Shown: positions 19,385 to 32,748 of the stretch, piece after piece | How the letters are laid out: every line of letters starts with the position of its first letter | Numbering within the stretch: position 1 is the first letter of the stretch | NCBI GenBank assembly: GCA_963739995.1 | Contig: CAVUCH010000001.1 | Location: forward strand, 688 to 64,687 | Source of the DNA: Vicinamibacteria bacterium | GTDB taxonomy: Bacteria; Acidobacteriota; Vicinamibacteria; Vicinamibacterales; JAENWD01 | Length of the DNA: 64,000 bases | Direction: 5' to 3' | Program-made: the position numbers and the translations under genes | The notes under the pieces: generated by a model | Told to the model about the DNA's origin: nothing | Databases searched by the model: none | The model's input: the letters and a program-made list of their open reading frames with translations, nothing else

Positions 19385-21124
19385 ATGGACTCGCATCTGC
19401 TGAAGACGAAGTCGATCGAGCAGCTCGTTGGCGACGTCGAGCACGGAAAGAAACACCTGAAGCGCACCTTGAGCGCGCTCGACCTGACACTACTCGGGAT
19501 CGGGGCCATCATCGGCACCGGCATTTTCGTGCTGACCGGCACCGCCGCGGCGAACCAGGCGGGTCCGTCGATCACGATGTCTTACATGGTGGCCGGGCTG
19601 GCCTGCGGCTTCGCCGCGCTCTGCTATGCCGAGTTCGCATCGATGATCCCGATCGCAGGCTCGGCGTATACCTACGCCTACGCGACGCTCGGCGAGGTGG
19701 TGGCCTGGATGATCGGCTGGGACCTCATCCTCGAATATGCGGTCGGCTCCATGACGGTCGCCATCGGCTGGAGCGGGTATATGCAGCGGCTGCTGCACGG
19801 CGCCGGCATCGACCTGCCGGTCTGGATGACGGCGGCGCCAGGCTCCGCCCCCGGCACGCTCGTCAACCTGCCGGCTATCCTGATCGTGCTGCTCATCATG
19901 ATCCTGCTCGTCAGGGGCGTGCGTGAATCGGCGCGGGCGAATGCCGTGATGGTGGCGATCAAGCTGGCCGCGGTCGTGTTCTTCATCGTGGTTGGCGCCA
20001 GGTACGTGGACACCGGCAACTGGGTGCCGTACCAGCCGTATGGCTGGTCCGGGGTGATGTCGGCGGCCGCTGTCGTCTTCTTCGCCTATATCGGGTTCGA
20101 CGCGGTCTCGACGACAGCCGAAGAAGCCAAGAACCCGCAACGGGATCTCCCGATCGGCATCATTGCCTCCCTCGTGGTGTGCACGGCGCTCTACTTGGCG
20201 GTGGCGGCGGTGCTGACGGGTATCGTGCCGGTGACGCATTACCGCTCGATGGCCGAAACACTGCCGGCCATCCCCACCGCCGATCCCACCGAGGTGACCC
20301 GGTTCCTCAATGCGCCGGTTGCTTTCGCGCTGGCGGTCATCCAGCAGGATTGGGCGGCCTATCTCGTCTCCGCAGGTGCCGTGGCCGGCATCACCAGCGT
20401 GCTGCTCGTCATGCTCATGAGTCAGCCGCGCATTTTCTTCGCCATGAGCCGCGACCAGCTCCTGCCGGCCGGGGTGAGCAAGGTGCATCCGCGGTTCGGC
20501 ACGCCCTACCTGACGACGATCATCACCTGCGTGATCGTGGCGATCGTCGCCGGATTCACGAGGATCGAGGTCGTCGGCGAGATGACGAGTATCGGGACGC
20601 TCTTTGCGTTCGTCGTCGTGTGTGCCGCCGTCCTCGTGCTGCGGGTCAAGCGTCCGGAAGCGAAGCGTCCCTTCCGCGTACCGCTCGGTCCGGTATTCCC
20701 GGTGCTCGGCATCGTGTCGTGCCTGTATCTGATGCTGAGTCTCGCCGTGCTGACGTGGGTCCGCTTCCTGGTCTGGCTGAACATCGGTATGGTCATCTAC
20801 TGGTTCTACGGGCGGCACCACAGCCCGCTGCGTGACGCGGGGGAGGCCGAACGCCGGACGAGCACCGAGGCAATCGGCAATTTCGTCACCGTCGCGGGCG
20901 CGCTCGGTCTGTTCAACGGCTTGTTCATGACGGTTCTCGGCCTCATGACGGTGACGGGCATTACAACCGAGGCCAGCGCGAAGTGGCACGAAATCGGAGT
21001 CACGGCGGAGCAATCCGATACGATCGGGCTGTATGTCCTCGGCGTCGGGTTGCTGCTGTTCATCGTCGGTCGGGTCGTCGCGCGCGCCGGCACGCCGTCA
21101 CGCGATGCGACCGGCGGGAGATAG
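19385..21124 (+). CDS. APC-superfamily amino acid permease (cationic amino acid transporter-like) with C-terminal 2-TM extension
   Basis: ..LSALDLTLLGIGAIIGTGIFVLTG..AGSAYTYAY.., 12+ predicted TM segments. GGAGGG lies upstream of the ATG. Confidence 0.9.
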   Translation: MDSHLLKTKSIEQLVGDVEHGKKHLKRTLSALDLTLLGIGAIIGTGIFVLTGTAAANQAGPSITMSYMVAGLACGFAALCYAEFASMIPIAGSAYTYAYATLGEVVAWMIGWDLILEYAVGSMTVAIGWSGYMQRLLHGAGIDLPVWMTAAPGSAPGTLVNLPAILIVLLIMILLVRGVRESARANAVMVAIKLAAVVFFIVVGARYVDTGNWVPYQPYGWSGVMSAAAVVFFAYIGFDAVSTTAEEAKNPQRDLPIGIIASLVVCTALYLAVAAVLTGIVPVTHYRSMAETLPAIPTADPTEVTRFLNAPVAFALAVIQQDWAAYLVSAGAVAGITSVLLVMLMSQPRIFFAMSRDQLLPAGVSKVHPRFGTPYLTTIITCVIVAIVAGFTRIEVVGEMTSIGTLFAFVVVCAAVLVLRVKRPEAKRPFRVPLGPVFPVLGIVSCLYLMLSLAVLTWVRFLVWLNIGMVIYWFYGRHHSPLRDAGEAERRTSTEAIGNFVTVAGALGLFNGLFMTVLGLMTVTGITTEASAKWHEIGVTAEQSDTIGLYVLGVGLLLFIVGRVVARAGTPSRDATGGR

Positions 21125-21236
21125 CACCTCCCGCGGCCGTTGGCGGGGCGGCTCTGCGGCCGGCGCATGATCGAGCCATGACGAGAGCGATCCTCCGCCT
21201 CTCGTCCCCGCGCCTTCAGTCCTTCCGGGGGACCTC

Positions 21237-22187
21237 ATGCCTGCTCGTCTTCTCGATGGCACCGCGGTAGCCAACCAGATCCGCGAAGAGCTGCGCCCGC
21301 GTATCGCGGAATTCACGTCGCGCGCCGGTCGCCCGCCGGGATTGGGCATCGTGCTCGCGGGCGACAACGCGGGGTCCGAAATCTACGTGGCCGCCAAGCT
21401 GAAGTCCGCGGGGGAGGTGGGCTGTCGCACCGACCTGGTTCGCGTGCCCGCGACCGCGTCGCTGGACGAGGCGCTCGCGGCCGTTCGGCGCCTCAACGAG
21501 GACGACAGCTACGACGGGATTCTCGTGCAGTCGCCGCTGCCCGTGGGAATGGGGTCCGACGCGGAGCAGGTGGTGTTCGATACCATCGATCCAGCGAAAG
21601 ACGTGGACGGGTTCACGCCGGTGAACGTCGGGCTGCTCGTCCAGAACCGCGCGCATCTCGCCCCGTGCACCCCGCGAGGCGTCATCGAGCTGCTGCGCCG
21701 CTCGGGCATTGAGCTCAAGGGTGCACGGGCGGTCGTGCTCGGTCGCAGCGACATCGTCGGGAAGCCCATGGCGATGCTACTGCTGCACGAGCACGCCACG
21801 GTGACCATCTGCCACTCGCGAACGAAAGACCTTCCGTCGGTCGTCCGCGAGGCCGACCTCGTCGTGGTGGCGATCGGCCGCACCGCCTTCGTGCAGCCGG
21901 GCTGGGTCAAGCCTGGCGCCACGGTCATCGACGTCGGGACCAACCGGCTGACCGATGCCGGGGAGGTGGATCGACTCTTCCCGCCCGAGTCGCCGCGGCG
22001 CGCGGCGTTCGCCAGGCGTGGCGCCCTCGTGGTCGGCGACGTCCACCCGGGCGTCTCGGCGGTGGCCGGTGCGCTCACGCCCGTGCCGGGCGGGGTTGGT
22101 CCGCTCACAATCGCCTTGCTCCTCAACAACACGCTGGTGGCGGCCGAGGCGCGGTTCACCCCCCGGCCCGCGATGTCTCGGGCCTGA
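21237..22187 (+). CDS. folD: Bifunctional methylenetetrahydrofolate dehydrogenase/cyclohydrolase
   Basis: ..LDGTAVANQIREELRPRI..GLGIVLAGDNAGSEIYV..DGILVQSPLP..VVLGRSDIVGKPMAMLLL..TICHSRT..PVPGGVGPLT.. Confidence 0.95.
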   Translation: MPARLLDGTAVANQIREELRPRIAEFTSRAGRPPGLGIVLAGDNAGSEIYVAAKLKSAGEVGCRTDLVRVPATASLDEALAAVRRLNEDDSYDGILVQSPLPVGMGSDAEQVVFDTIDPAKDVDGFTPVNVGLLVQNRAHLAPCTPRGVIELLRRSGIELKGARAVVLGRSDIVGKPMAMLLLHEHATVTICHSRTKDLPSVVREADLVVVAIGRTAFVQPGWVKPGATVIDVGTNRLTDAGEVDRLFPPESPRRAAFARRGALVVGDVHPGVSAVAGALTPVPGGVGPLTIALLLNNTLVAAEARFTPRPAMSRA

Positions 22188-22197
22188 CGTCGGCAGG

Positions 22198-22785
22198 ATG
22201 CGCAGGGTCGCGCTGACGGGCGGGATTGCGACGGGGAAGTCGTGGGTGCGGCGGCGGTTCGCCCATCACGGTGTTCCCACCATCGATGCCGACGTCCTCG
22301 CGCACGCGGCGCTCGCACCGGGTACGCCTGGCGCCGCACGCATCCTCGAACGATTTGGTACGGCCGTCCGATCCACCGACGGCAGCATCGACCGGAAGGC
22401 GCTCGGAAGCATTGTCTTCGGCGACGAGAAGGCCCGCCGCGAGCTCGAGGCCATCGTTCATCCAGTTGTCTATCAGGCCGTCGAGGCGTGGTTTGCCGCC
22501 CTCCCGCCGGTGTCATGTGCGGTGGCCGACATCCCGTTGTTGTACGAAACAGGGCGCGAAGCGGAATTCGACACGGTCGTCGTCACGGCGTGCGCGCCCG
22601 ACGAGCAGGTCCGGCGGTTGACTTCGCGCGACGGTCTCTCTGTGGAGGAAGCGCGGCAGCGGATCGAGGCCCAGCTTCCGCTGGTGGAGAAAGCGCGGCG
22701 AGCCGATTACGTCATTCGCACCGACGGTAGCCATGCGGAAACGGACGCACAGGTGGATAAGCTCCTGGCGGCATTGTCAGTCTGA
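22198..22785 (+). CDS. coaE: Dephospho-CoA kinase
   Basis: MRRVALTGGIATGKSWV.. (P-loop), ..IVHPVV..IPLLYE.. Start set at ATG 22198. Confidence 0.9.
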   Translation: MRRVALTGGIATGKSWVRRRFAHHGVPTIDADVLAHAALAPGTPGAARILERFGTAVRSTDGSIDRKALGSIVFGDEKARRELEAIVHPVVYQAVEAWFAALPPVSCAVADIPLLYETGREAEFDTVVVTACAPDEQVRRLTSRDGLSVEEARQRIEAQLPLVEKARRADYVIRTDGSHAETDAQVDKLLAALSV

Positions 22786-23994
22786 GGCCTCCTCGTCGTG
22801 TGCCGTGGCAATCCGCTCCTCGACGAACGAGTTCCACTCGTGGCAGTGGGGGCACTGCCACAGGAACTCCGTGCTCCGGTAGCGGCACCGGGTGCAGATA
22901 TGCGGATCGAGATAGAAGATGACATCGCGGGTCAACGCCAGATAGCGGTCGATCAGCTCGCGCGGGCAGCCAAGGCGCGACAGGGAATCCCACACGGCCT
23001 CGTGAATCAGCAGAGCGTGCGGATTGTGTGACAAGGCCTGCAGCAGCAGCTCGAACGCCTCCGTATCGAGGCCCCGCGCAGCCACGTGTCGCGCGAGGGC
23101 CAGCCGTGCGCGCCAGTCCTGCGGAGAAGCAGCGATGAGGCCCCGGCACAACCCGGCGAAGCGCTCCGGCGCCTGCACGATCGGATAGGTGGCCTGCAGG
23201 CGATCGAAGGCGAGGTACGCGCGGCCGGGTGAGACCTCGACGGCGCGCTCCCACGTGGCGATTGCCTGGACCGCGTCTCCCTGCGCGAGCCGCAGGTCGC
23301 CGAGATTCAGATATGCCGGCACCGCGTGCGGGTCGAGCTCGATGGCGGCCTGGAAGCGGCGAGCGGCCTCGCTGAGGTCACCGGAGCGCTGCGCATCGAC
23401 GCCGATGGCGTGCTCCAGAAAGGCGAGGACGCCGTTGGTGCGCGTCGGATCAGCCGCGGGATCGAGCGCGGCCACCTTCTGCTGCAGCTGATACGCCTCG
23501 TGCCACTGATGCTGCTCTTCGTGCAGCTTCTGAAGATTCATCAGGGCATACCGGTTGCCCGGGTCGAGCCGCAAAACCTCCTTGAAGGCCTCGTGCGCAC
23601 GATCGATGAAGCCGCCGCTCCGGAAGTCGAGCCCGAGACACAGGAGCACGTGCGCGTGCTCCAGCTGCGTGAGTCTCGGCCGCTGCAGCAGCGCCTGGTG
23701 CACGTTGACGGCGCGGCCGACCTGTCCCTTCTCGCGGTACAGGTTGCCGAGAATCATATGGATCTCGAGCGCGTCGGCGTCCAGCCCCGCGGCCTTGGTC
23801 AGCTCCTCGATCGCAAGGTCAATCTGTCCGGCGACGAGATAGTTCAATCCGATCAGGTAGTGGGGCGACTGGCGCGCCTTCCGGCGGTCGATCCACCGTC
23901 CGTCGCGCAGCTTGTAGCGCTCCCACGCCTTTCCCACGGCCAGGCCGAGCAGGAGGGCCACCAGAGCGGCGAGGAACGCGCCGTAATCCCCCAT
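22777..23994 (-). CDS. lapB: LPS assembly protein LapB/YciM-like (TM + TPR + rubredoxin-type zinc finger)
   Basis: It has an N-terminal TM helix (MGDYGAFLAALVALLLGLAVG), multiple TPRs, and a C-terminal CTRCRYRSTEFLWQCPHCHEWNSF. Start set at the ATG overlapping the kdsC stop (TGATG). Confidence 0.85.
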   Translation of the reverse strand: MGDYGAFLAALVALLLGLAVGKAWERYKLRDGRWIDRRKARQSPHYLIGLNYLVAGQIDLAIEELTKAAGLDADALEIHMILGNLYREKGQVGRAVNVHQALLQRPRLTQLEHAHVLLCLGLDFRSGGFIDRAHEAFKEVLRLDPGNRYALMNLQKLHEEQHQWHEAYQLQQKVAALDPAADPTRTNGVLAFLEHAIGVDAQRSGDLSEAARRFQAAIELDPHAVPAYLNLGDLRLAQGDAVQAIATWERAVEVSPGRAYLAFDRLQATYPIVQAPERFAGLCRGLIAASPQDWRARLALARHVAARGLDTEAFELLLQALSHNPHALLIHEAVWDSLSRLGCPRELIDRYLALTRDVIFYLDPHICTRCRYRSTEFLWQCPHCHEWNSFVEERIATAHDEEASD

Positions 23995-24551
23995 CACTGA
24001 CTGGCCCCGCTGGTCCACTCCGCCACGAATGCGTCCCAGAGTCCCTGGGCCCGCAGCAGCAGTTCCACCAGCTCGCGCACGGCGCCGTTGCCGCCCCCCG
24101 CGCGGGCCACGAAGTGCACCCGTGTACGCACGTCAGCAACAGCGTCAGCGGGCGCTGCCGAGAACCCGACGCGCGTCAGCACGGGCAGATCGAGCAGATC
24201 GTCTCCCATGTAGGCCACATCGGCGTCTTCCAGCTTCTCCCTGCGGAGAATCTGCTGGTACGCGCGCACCTTCGGCCCGTGACTCTGGACGAGCAGCCGG
24301 ATCCGCAATTCGGCGGCGCGTCTCTCCGTCACCGGCGACGGCCGCGCCGACAGCAGGCCGACCCGCAGGCCCACGCGCTGCGCCCAGACCAGCGCCGCGC
24401 CGTCCTTGATGTCGAAGCGCTTCGACTCGCTTCCGTCGGCGTGCATCAGGACCTTGCCATCGGTGAGGACGCCGTCGACATCGAGCAGCAAGAGCTTGAT
24501 CCGGGCCGCCCGGGCGTCGAGCGTCGCGGCGGTGGTGGTGGTCCGGGTCAC
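23994..24551 (-). CDS. kdsC: 3-deoxy-D-manno-octulosonate 8-phosphate phosphatase (HAD)
   Basis: ..LLLLDVDGVLTDGKV..FDIKDG..YMGDDLLDLPV.. Confidence 0.9.
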   Translation of the reverse strand: MTRTTTTAATLDARAARIKLLLLDVDGVLTDGKVLMHADGSESKRFDIKDGAALVWAQRVGLRVGLLSARPSPVTERRAAELRIRLLVQSHGPKVRAYQQILRREKLEDADVAYMGDDLLDLPVLTRVGFSAAPADAVADVRTRVHFVARAGGGNGAVRELVELLLRAQGLWDAFVAEWTSGASQ

Positions 24552-25526
24552 TCAGAACAGTTCCGTGCGCCAGAGATCGTGCAGGTGCAGCACGCCCTCG
24601 ACCACGCCTTCTGGCGTCGCGACGATGAGCGAGGTGATCTTTCGCTGCTCCATCACGTGCAGCGCCTGGGCGGCGAGCATCGACCGCTCGACCGTGACGG
24701 GGTGGCTCGTCATCACGTCGGCCGCGAGCAACGACAGCACCGCCGGCGTGTCGCTCATCCGCCGACGGAGGTCGCCGTCCGTGACGATGCCCGCCAGGCG
24801 GCCGCCGCGCACAACGCAGGTCATCCCCATGCCCTTACGGGACATCTCGTAGATCACCTCGTCCATCGGCGTCCCTGCGTCCACGACCGGCGCCAGCTCG
24901 CCGGCGTGCATCAGAGCTTCCACCCGCATCAACTTCTTGCCCAGTTTGCCGCCCGGGTGCAGGTTCGCGAAGTCCTCCTCGCGGAATCCCTTCTCGATCA
25001 GCAGCGTCATTGCGAGTGCATCCCCGAGGGCCAGAGCCGCCGTGGTGCTGGCAGTCGGCACGAGGTTCAGCGGGCACGCCTCCCCGCTCACATGGCAATC
25101 CAGCGTCAGATCGGAGGCGTCGGCCAGTGTGGACGTCGGCGATCCGGTCACGGCAATGAGGCGCGCCCCGATCCGGCGGATGGTCTCGAGCAGGCGCAGG
25201 ACCTCTGCGGTCTCGCCGCTGTGCGACAGCGCAATCACGACATCGTCGCGGTGCACCATGCCGAGGTCCCCGTGAATGGCTTCGGCGGGGTGCAGGAAGA
25301 AGGCAGGCGTCCCGGTGCTCGACAAGGTGGCGGCAATCTTGCGGCAGATGATGCCCGACTTGCCCATCCCGGTGACGATCACGCGGCCTTTGCAGTCGCG
25401 CAGCATCACGACGGCCTGCGCGAAGCGCTCGTCGAGACGATCGATGAGCCCGAGAATGGCGTCGGCTTCCGTCCGCAGCACCTTCCGCGCGAGGGCGAGA
25501 TCCGGCATCACGCTTCCTGACATCAC
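24552..25526 (-). CDS. kdsD: Arabinose-5-phosphate isomerase (SIS + tandem CBS)
   Basis: ..GRVIVTGMGKSGIICRKIAATLSSTGTPAFFLHPAEAIHGDLG.. plus C-terminal CBS pairs. Confidence 0.93.
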   Translation of the reverse strand: MMSGSVMPDLALARKVLRTEADAILGLIDRLDERFAQAVVMLRDCKGRVIVTGMGKSGIICRKIAATLSSTGTPAFFLHPAEAIHGDLGMVHRDDVVIALSHSGETAEVLRLLETIRRIGARLIAVTGSPTSTLADASDLTLDCHVSGEACPLNLVPTASTTAALALGDALAMTLLIEKGFREEDFANLHPGGKLGKKLMRVEALMHAGELAPVVDAGTPMDEVIYEMSRKGMGMTCVVRGGRLAGIVTDGDLRRRMSDTPAVLSLLAADVMTSHPVTVERSMLAAQALHVMEQRKITSLIVATPEGVVEGVLHLHDLWRTELF

Positions 25527-26359
25527 GCGTCCTTCACGACCGCGTCGATCCGCGCGAGCCGGCGGAGCAGCGGTTCGAGGCGATCCAGCGCGATCGCGTT
25601 CTGCGCGTCGCTCATGGCGCGCGCCGGTTCCTCGTGCACTTCGAGAAACACACCGTCCACGCCTGCGCCGACTCCGGCCGACGCGAGCGGCTCGATGTAC
25701 TGGCCGAGTCCTGCGGTCACGCCGTCCCCGCCACCGGGCAGCTGGAGGCTATGCGTCACGTCGAAAATCACCGGCCACCCCAGCTCGCGCATCATCGGAA
25801 ACGCGCGCATGTCCACGACGAGGTTGTTGTACCCGAACGAGAACCCGCGCTCGGTGACGAGCACCCGCATGTTGCCCGAGTCGGTCACCTTTCGGATCGC
25901 GTGCCGCACGTCCAAGGGACCGAGAAACTGCCCCTTCTTGATGTTCACCACGCACCCGGTGCGCGCCGCCGCGACGATCAGATCCGTCTGGCGGGACAGG
26001 AAGGCGGGGATCTGCAGCACGTCGACGCCGGCGGCGGCGGCGGCATCTGCGTGGGCCGGCTCGTGGATGTCCGTCAGCACCGGCACCCCCACCTCGCGCC
26101 GCACGCGTGCGAGCACGCCGAGGCCCACATCGAGTCCGGGCCCGCGGAAGGACGTGAGCGACGTGCGGTTGGCCTTGTCGTAGGACGCCTTGAAGATGTA
26201 GGGCACGCCGCAGCGCACCGCGATCGCTTGGATCGCGTGTCCGAGGCCAAGCGCGTGGGGTTCGCTCTCGATGACGCAGGGCCCGGCGATCAGAACGATT
26301 GGACGGCTGCCCCCAATGGTCAGCGTACCGATCTGGACCGCGTGCACGGCAGCGATCAT
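25523..26359 (-). CDS. kdsA: 2-dehydro-3-deoxyphosphooctonate aldolase (Kdo-8-P synthase)
   Basis: ..LIAGPCVIES..FKASYDKANRTS..LQIPAFLSRQTDL..NIKKGQF..FDVTHSLQLPGG.. Start set at ATG 26359. Confidence 0.94.
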   Translation of the reverse strand: MIAAVHAVQIGTLTIGGSRPIVLIAGPCVIESEPHALGLGHAIQAIAVRCGVPYIFKASYDKANRTSLTSFRGPGLDVGLGVLARVRREVGVPVLTDIHEPAHADAAAAAGVDVLQIPAFLSRQTDLIVAAARTGCVVNIKKGQFLGPLDVRHAIRKVTDSGNMRVLVTERGFSFGYNNLVVDMRAFPMMRELGWPVIFDVTHSLQLPGGGDGVTAGLGQYIEPLASAGVGAGVDGVFLEVHEEPARAMSDAQNAIALDRLEPLLRRLARIDAVVKDA

Positions 26360-26396
26360 ACCCGATGGACCGGCTCGAGCCGGTTCCACGGCACGA

Positions 26397-28900
<2,504 letters not shown>

Positions 28901-28905
28901 GTTGA

Positions 28906-28914
28906 ATCATAGCA
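28906..28914 (-). promoter_or_regulatory. Extended -10 element (TGcTATGAT) 5 nt upstream of the kdsB GTG
   Basis: The minus strand reads GTGCTATGATTCAACGTG. There is no room for an SD, which implies a leaderless kdsB-pyrG-kds-lapB transcript. Confidence 0.4.
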
Positions 28915-28984
28915 CGACGCCCCCGTGTGCGCCGCCGCAGCCGGCGGTTGGCAGCGGCCCGCGCTGGTTACCCGTCGGCGCCGG

Positions 28985-28993
28985 TGTTACGAT
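28985..28993 (+). promoter_or_regulatory. Extended -10-like element (TGtTACGAT) 12 nt upstream of ATG 29006
   Basis: GGTGTTACGATGGCGCTGTTCCGATG. It is divergent from the kdsB promoter. Confidence 0.3.
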
Positions 28994-29005
28994 GGCGCTG
29001 TTCCG

Positions 29006-29572
29006 ATGGCCACGGTGCGTGTACTCCTGATTGTTGGCGCGGTGGGCGGTCTGACGGCGTGGGCCGTCGCTCAAGGGTCCGTGCCGGCGGGCGCCCCGAC
29101 GGACGCGTCCTCAGTCCGGACGGACCTCCCACGGGAGCCGGCGGGCCGCACGGGTGTTACCACGGCAAACGAACCCGGCTTCGAGGTCGGAATCAGCCGG
29201 CTGGGCACCGGGCTCGCGATGATGCCGTCTCCTGCCACCTCGGGGCGGAATCCCTTCCGGTTCGGCGCCGACCGGTCCGTCCGCCACCTTCCGTCGGACG
29301 CGCAACAGCGCGCGGCGCTCGTGGGGACCGAAGGCACCGACCCCTCCCCGATTGCGCCGGACCGTCCGCCGATGCAGTTGGTCGGGGTGGCAGCCGAAGA
29401 GGGCGACGAGGTGGTCGTCCGAACGGCTGTGATCGCAACGCCCCGCCAGTTGTACCTGGTACGGGAGGGCGAACAGTTTGCGCTCCGCTTCCAGGTGCTG
29501 CGGATCGGCAGCGATGTCGTGGAGCTTCGCGATCTCGCTGCTGACGACACGTTCCAGCTCGCACTCCGCTGA
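29006..29572 (+). CDS. Hypothetical secreted/membrane-anchored protein (PilP/GspC-like C-terminal beta domain?)
   Basis: It has an N-terminal hydrophobic segment MATVRVLLIVGAVGGLTAWAVAQG, an NPFRF motif, and a C-terminal LVGVAAEEGDEVVVRTAVIATPRQLYLVREGEQFALRFQVLRIGSDVVEL. Family assignment is by eye only. Confidence 0.6.
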   Translation: MATVRVLLIVGAVGGLTAWAVAQGSVPAGAPTDASSVRTDLPREPAGRTGVTTANEPGFEVGISRLGTGLAMMPSPATSGRNPFRFGADRSVRHLPSDAQQRAALVGTEGTDPSPIAPDRPPMQLVGVAAEEGDEVVVRTAVIATPRQLYLVREGEQFALRFQVLRIGSDVVELRDLAADDTFQLALR

Positions 29573-29597
29573 CGCCGATTCCGTCGCGAGCGGGCAG

Positions 29598-31184
29598 TCA
29601 CAGCCGCATGACTTCGGCGGACTGCACGGCGGGGATCTTCCTGAGCTCCGCGAGTACCTCTCCCGTCAGTGCCGCTCCGCCGACATCATCCACCCCCACT
29701 ACGCCAATGGCACCTTCGGCGCTGCGCCCCAGGGCGAAGTTCGCGATGTTGATGCCGTGCCGTCCGAGCACGGTGCCGACCGCGCCGATTACGCCGGGTC
29801 GATCGTCGTTCTTGATTAGCACCTGCGTGCCTTCCAGCGGGGCATCGACCGGCACCCCGTCCACCAGGACGAGCCGCGGTCCTCCGTGCTCGACCACCGT
29901 GCCTTCCACCCACCGCTGACCGGCGTTGGTGTGCACCTGGACCGACAGGAGCGAGGTGTAGTTCCGCGCGCGCGAGCTGTGCGACTCCACGAGTTCGATG
30001 CCCCGCTCTGCGGCAACGGCCTTCGCGTTGATCAGCGTCACGCCGCTCGAGAGGTATCGCTTGAACAGACCCACGAGAACCGCGCCCGCGATGAGGTCGT
30101 TCCTGCCGTTCGCCAGCCCGCCGTAATACCGGACGCCCACGCTGCCGATATGCGCGTCGCCCATCTGCGACACGAGGGAGCCGAGGCGCTCGGCCAGCCT
30201 CACGTACGGCTGGAGCCGCACGAACTCCTCGGCCGGCATCGACGGAAAGTTCACCGCGTTGCGGATGATGCCGTCCGCGAGGAAATCACGCACGGCCTCG
30301 GCGGTTTCCACCCCCACCATCTCCTGCGCCTCGCCGGTGGATGCGGCGATGTGCGGGGTGGCGATGACGTTCGGCAGGCGGGCCAGGGTCCAGTCGGCGG
30401 GAGGTTCTTGCACGAAGACGTCCAGCGCCGCGCCGCCGACCTGGCCGCTCTTCAGCGCCTCGATGAGCGCGGCATCGTCGATCAGCTCGCCGCGCGCGGT
30501 GTTCACGATGCGAATGCCGCGCTTGCAGCGCGCCAGCCGGTCCGCGTTCATGATGTGCCGGGTCGCGGGCGTGACCGGCAGGTGCAGCGTGAGGTAATCG
30601 GCCGCCGCGCAGACCTCGTCGAGCGTGCCGAGCCGCGCGCCGTACTGAGCGGCCACCGGCGCAGAGATGTACGGGTCGTGCGCCATGATCTGCATCTCGA
30701 ACGCACGCGCCCGCTGCGCGACTTCCTGCCCGATGCGCCCGAGGCCCACGATCCCCAGCGTCTTGCCGCGCACTTCGCTGCCTGTGAACTTCTTCTTCTC
30801 CCACTTCTGCCCCTTCATGGCGGCATCCGCCGCGGGGATTGGCCGGGCGAGCGCGAGGATGAAGGCCATCGCCAGCTCCGCAACGCTGATGCTGTTGGCG
30901 CCGGGCGCGTTCATCACGACGATGCCGCGCGCCGTCGCCGCCTCGAGGTCCACGTTGTCCACGCCGGTGCCCGCCCGGGCGATGACCCGCAGGTGCGGTG
31001 CGGCCGCGATGAGGTCCCGCGTCACCTTCGTCGCACTGCGCACGATAAGCGCGTCGGCGTCTGCGAGCGCGTCGAGGATTTCGGGCGCGGGACGGGCGGC
31101 ACGTGCGTCGACGACCCATCCCGGCACGGCGCGCAGCAGGTCGGCGGCAGACGCAGGCAGATCATCGGCAATGACGATTTTCAT
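29598..31184 (-). CDS. serA: D-3-phosphoglycerate dehydrogenase (long form with ASB and ACT domains)
   Basis: MKIVIADDL.., NAD-binding GIVGLGRIGQEVA, 528 aa with a C-terminal ACT domain. Confidence 0.95.
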   Translation of the reverse strand: MKIVIADDLPASAADLLRAVPGWVVDARAARPAPEILDALADADALIVRSATKVTRDLIAAAPHLRVIARAGTGVDNVDLEAATARGIVVMNAPGANSISVAELAMAFILALARPIPAADAAMKGQKWEKKKFTGSEVRGKTLGIVGLGRIGQEVAQRARAFEMQIMAHDPYISAPVAAQYGARLGTLDEVCAAADYLTLHLPVTPATRHIMNADRLARCKRGIRIVNTARGELIDDAALIEALKSGQVGGAALDVFVQEPPADWTLARLPNVIATPHIAASTGEAQEMVGVETAEAVRDFLADGIIRNAVNFPSMPAEEFVRLQPYVRLAERLGSLVSQMGDAHIGSVGVRYYGGLANGRNDLIAGAVLVGLFKRYLSSGVTLINAKAVAAERGIELVESHSSRARNYTSLLSVQVHTNAGQRWVEGTVVEHGGPRLVLVDGVPVDAPLEGTQVLIKNDDRPGVIGAVGTVLGRHGINIANFALGRSAEGAIGVVGVDDVGGAALTGEVLAELRKIPAVQSAEVMRL

Positions 31185-31367
31185 GATGGCAGTCCGATCT
31201 GGAGAATGAATGTCCTGGTAGGCGAGCTCGACATGCGCGCCGGCAGAGCGGCGGCCTGCGGCGCCGCGCCGGACGGCGGCGTGCAGTGGTTAGAGTATAC
31301 TCGCCGACGAACGCACCACGGTGGTGCAAACCGCTTTTCAGCTCGATTTGATGCGGCCTCGTGCGCA

Positions 31368-31414
31368 GCTTCCACAGGTTTTTCCACAGGCTTATCCACA
31401 GCTGCTGTGCACAA
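31368..31414. promoter_or_regulatory. Three 12-bp-spaced DnaA-box-like repeats plus one inverted copy in the serA-icd divergent region
   Basis: gcTTCCACA (31368-31376), TTtTCCACA (31380-31388), and TTATCCACA (31392-31400, a perfect match to the DnaA box consensus). An inverted TTgTgCACA lies at 31406-31414. Confidence 0.45.
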
Positions 31415-31494
31415 CCGGTCACGCACGGCGGGGACGTGACCTAACACCGCGGCTCCATCATGCGGCGTGCACGCACGCCCGCCGGGACATGCTT

Positions 31495-32744
<1,250 letters not shown>

Positions 32745-32748
<4 letters not shown>

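Noticed and set aside
31300-31450. Interpreting the DnaA-box cluster as the chromosomal origin (oriC).
   Set aside because: There is no dnaA/dnaN/gidA-type neighbour, no obvious AT-rich unwinding element nearby, and only one perfect box. It is kept as a regulatory-site hypothesis only.
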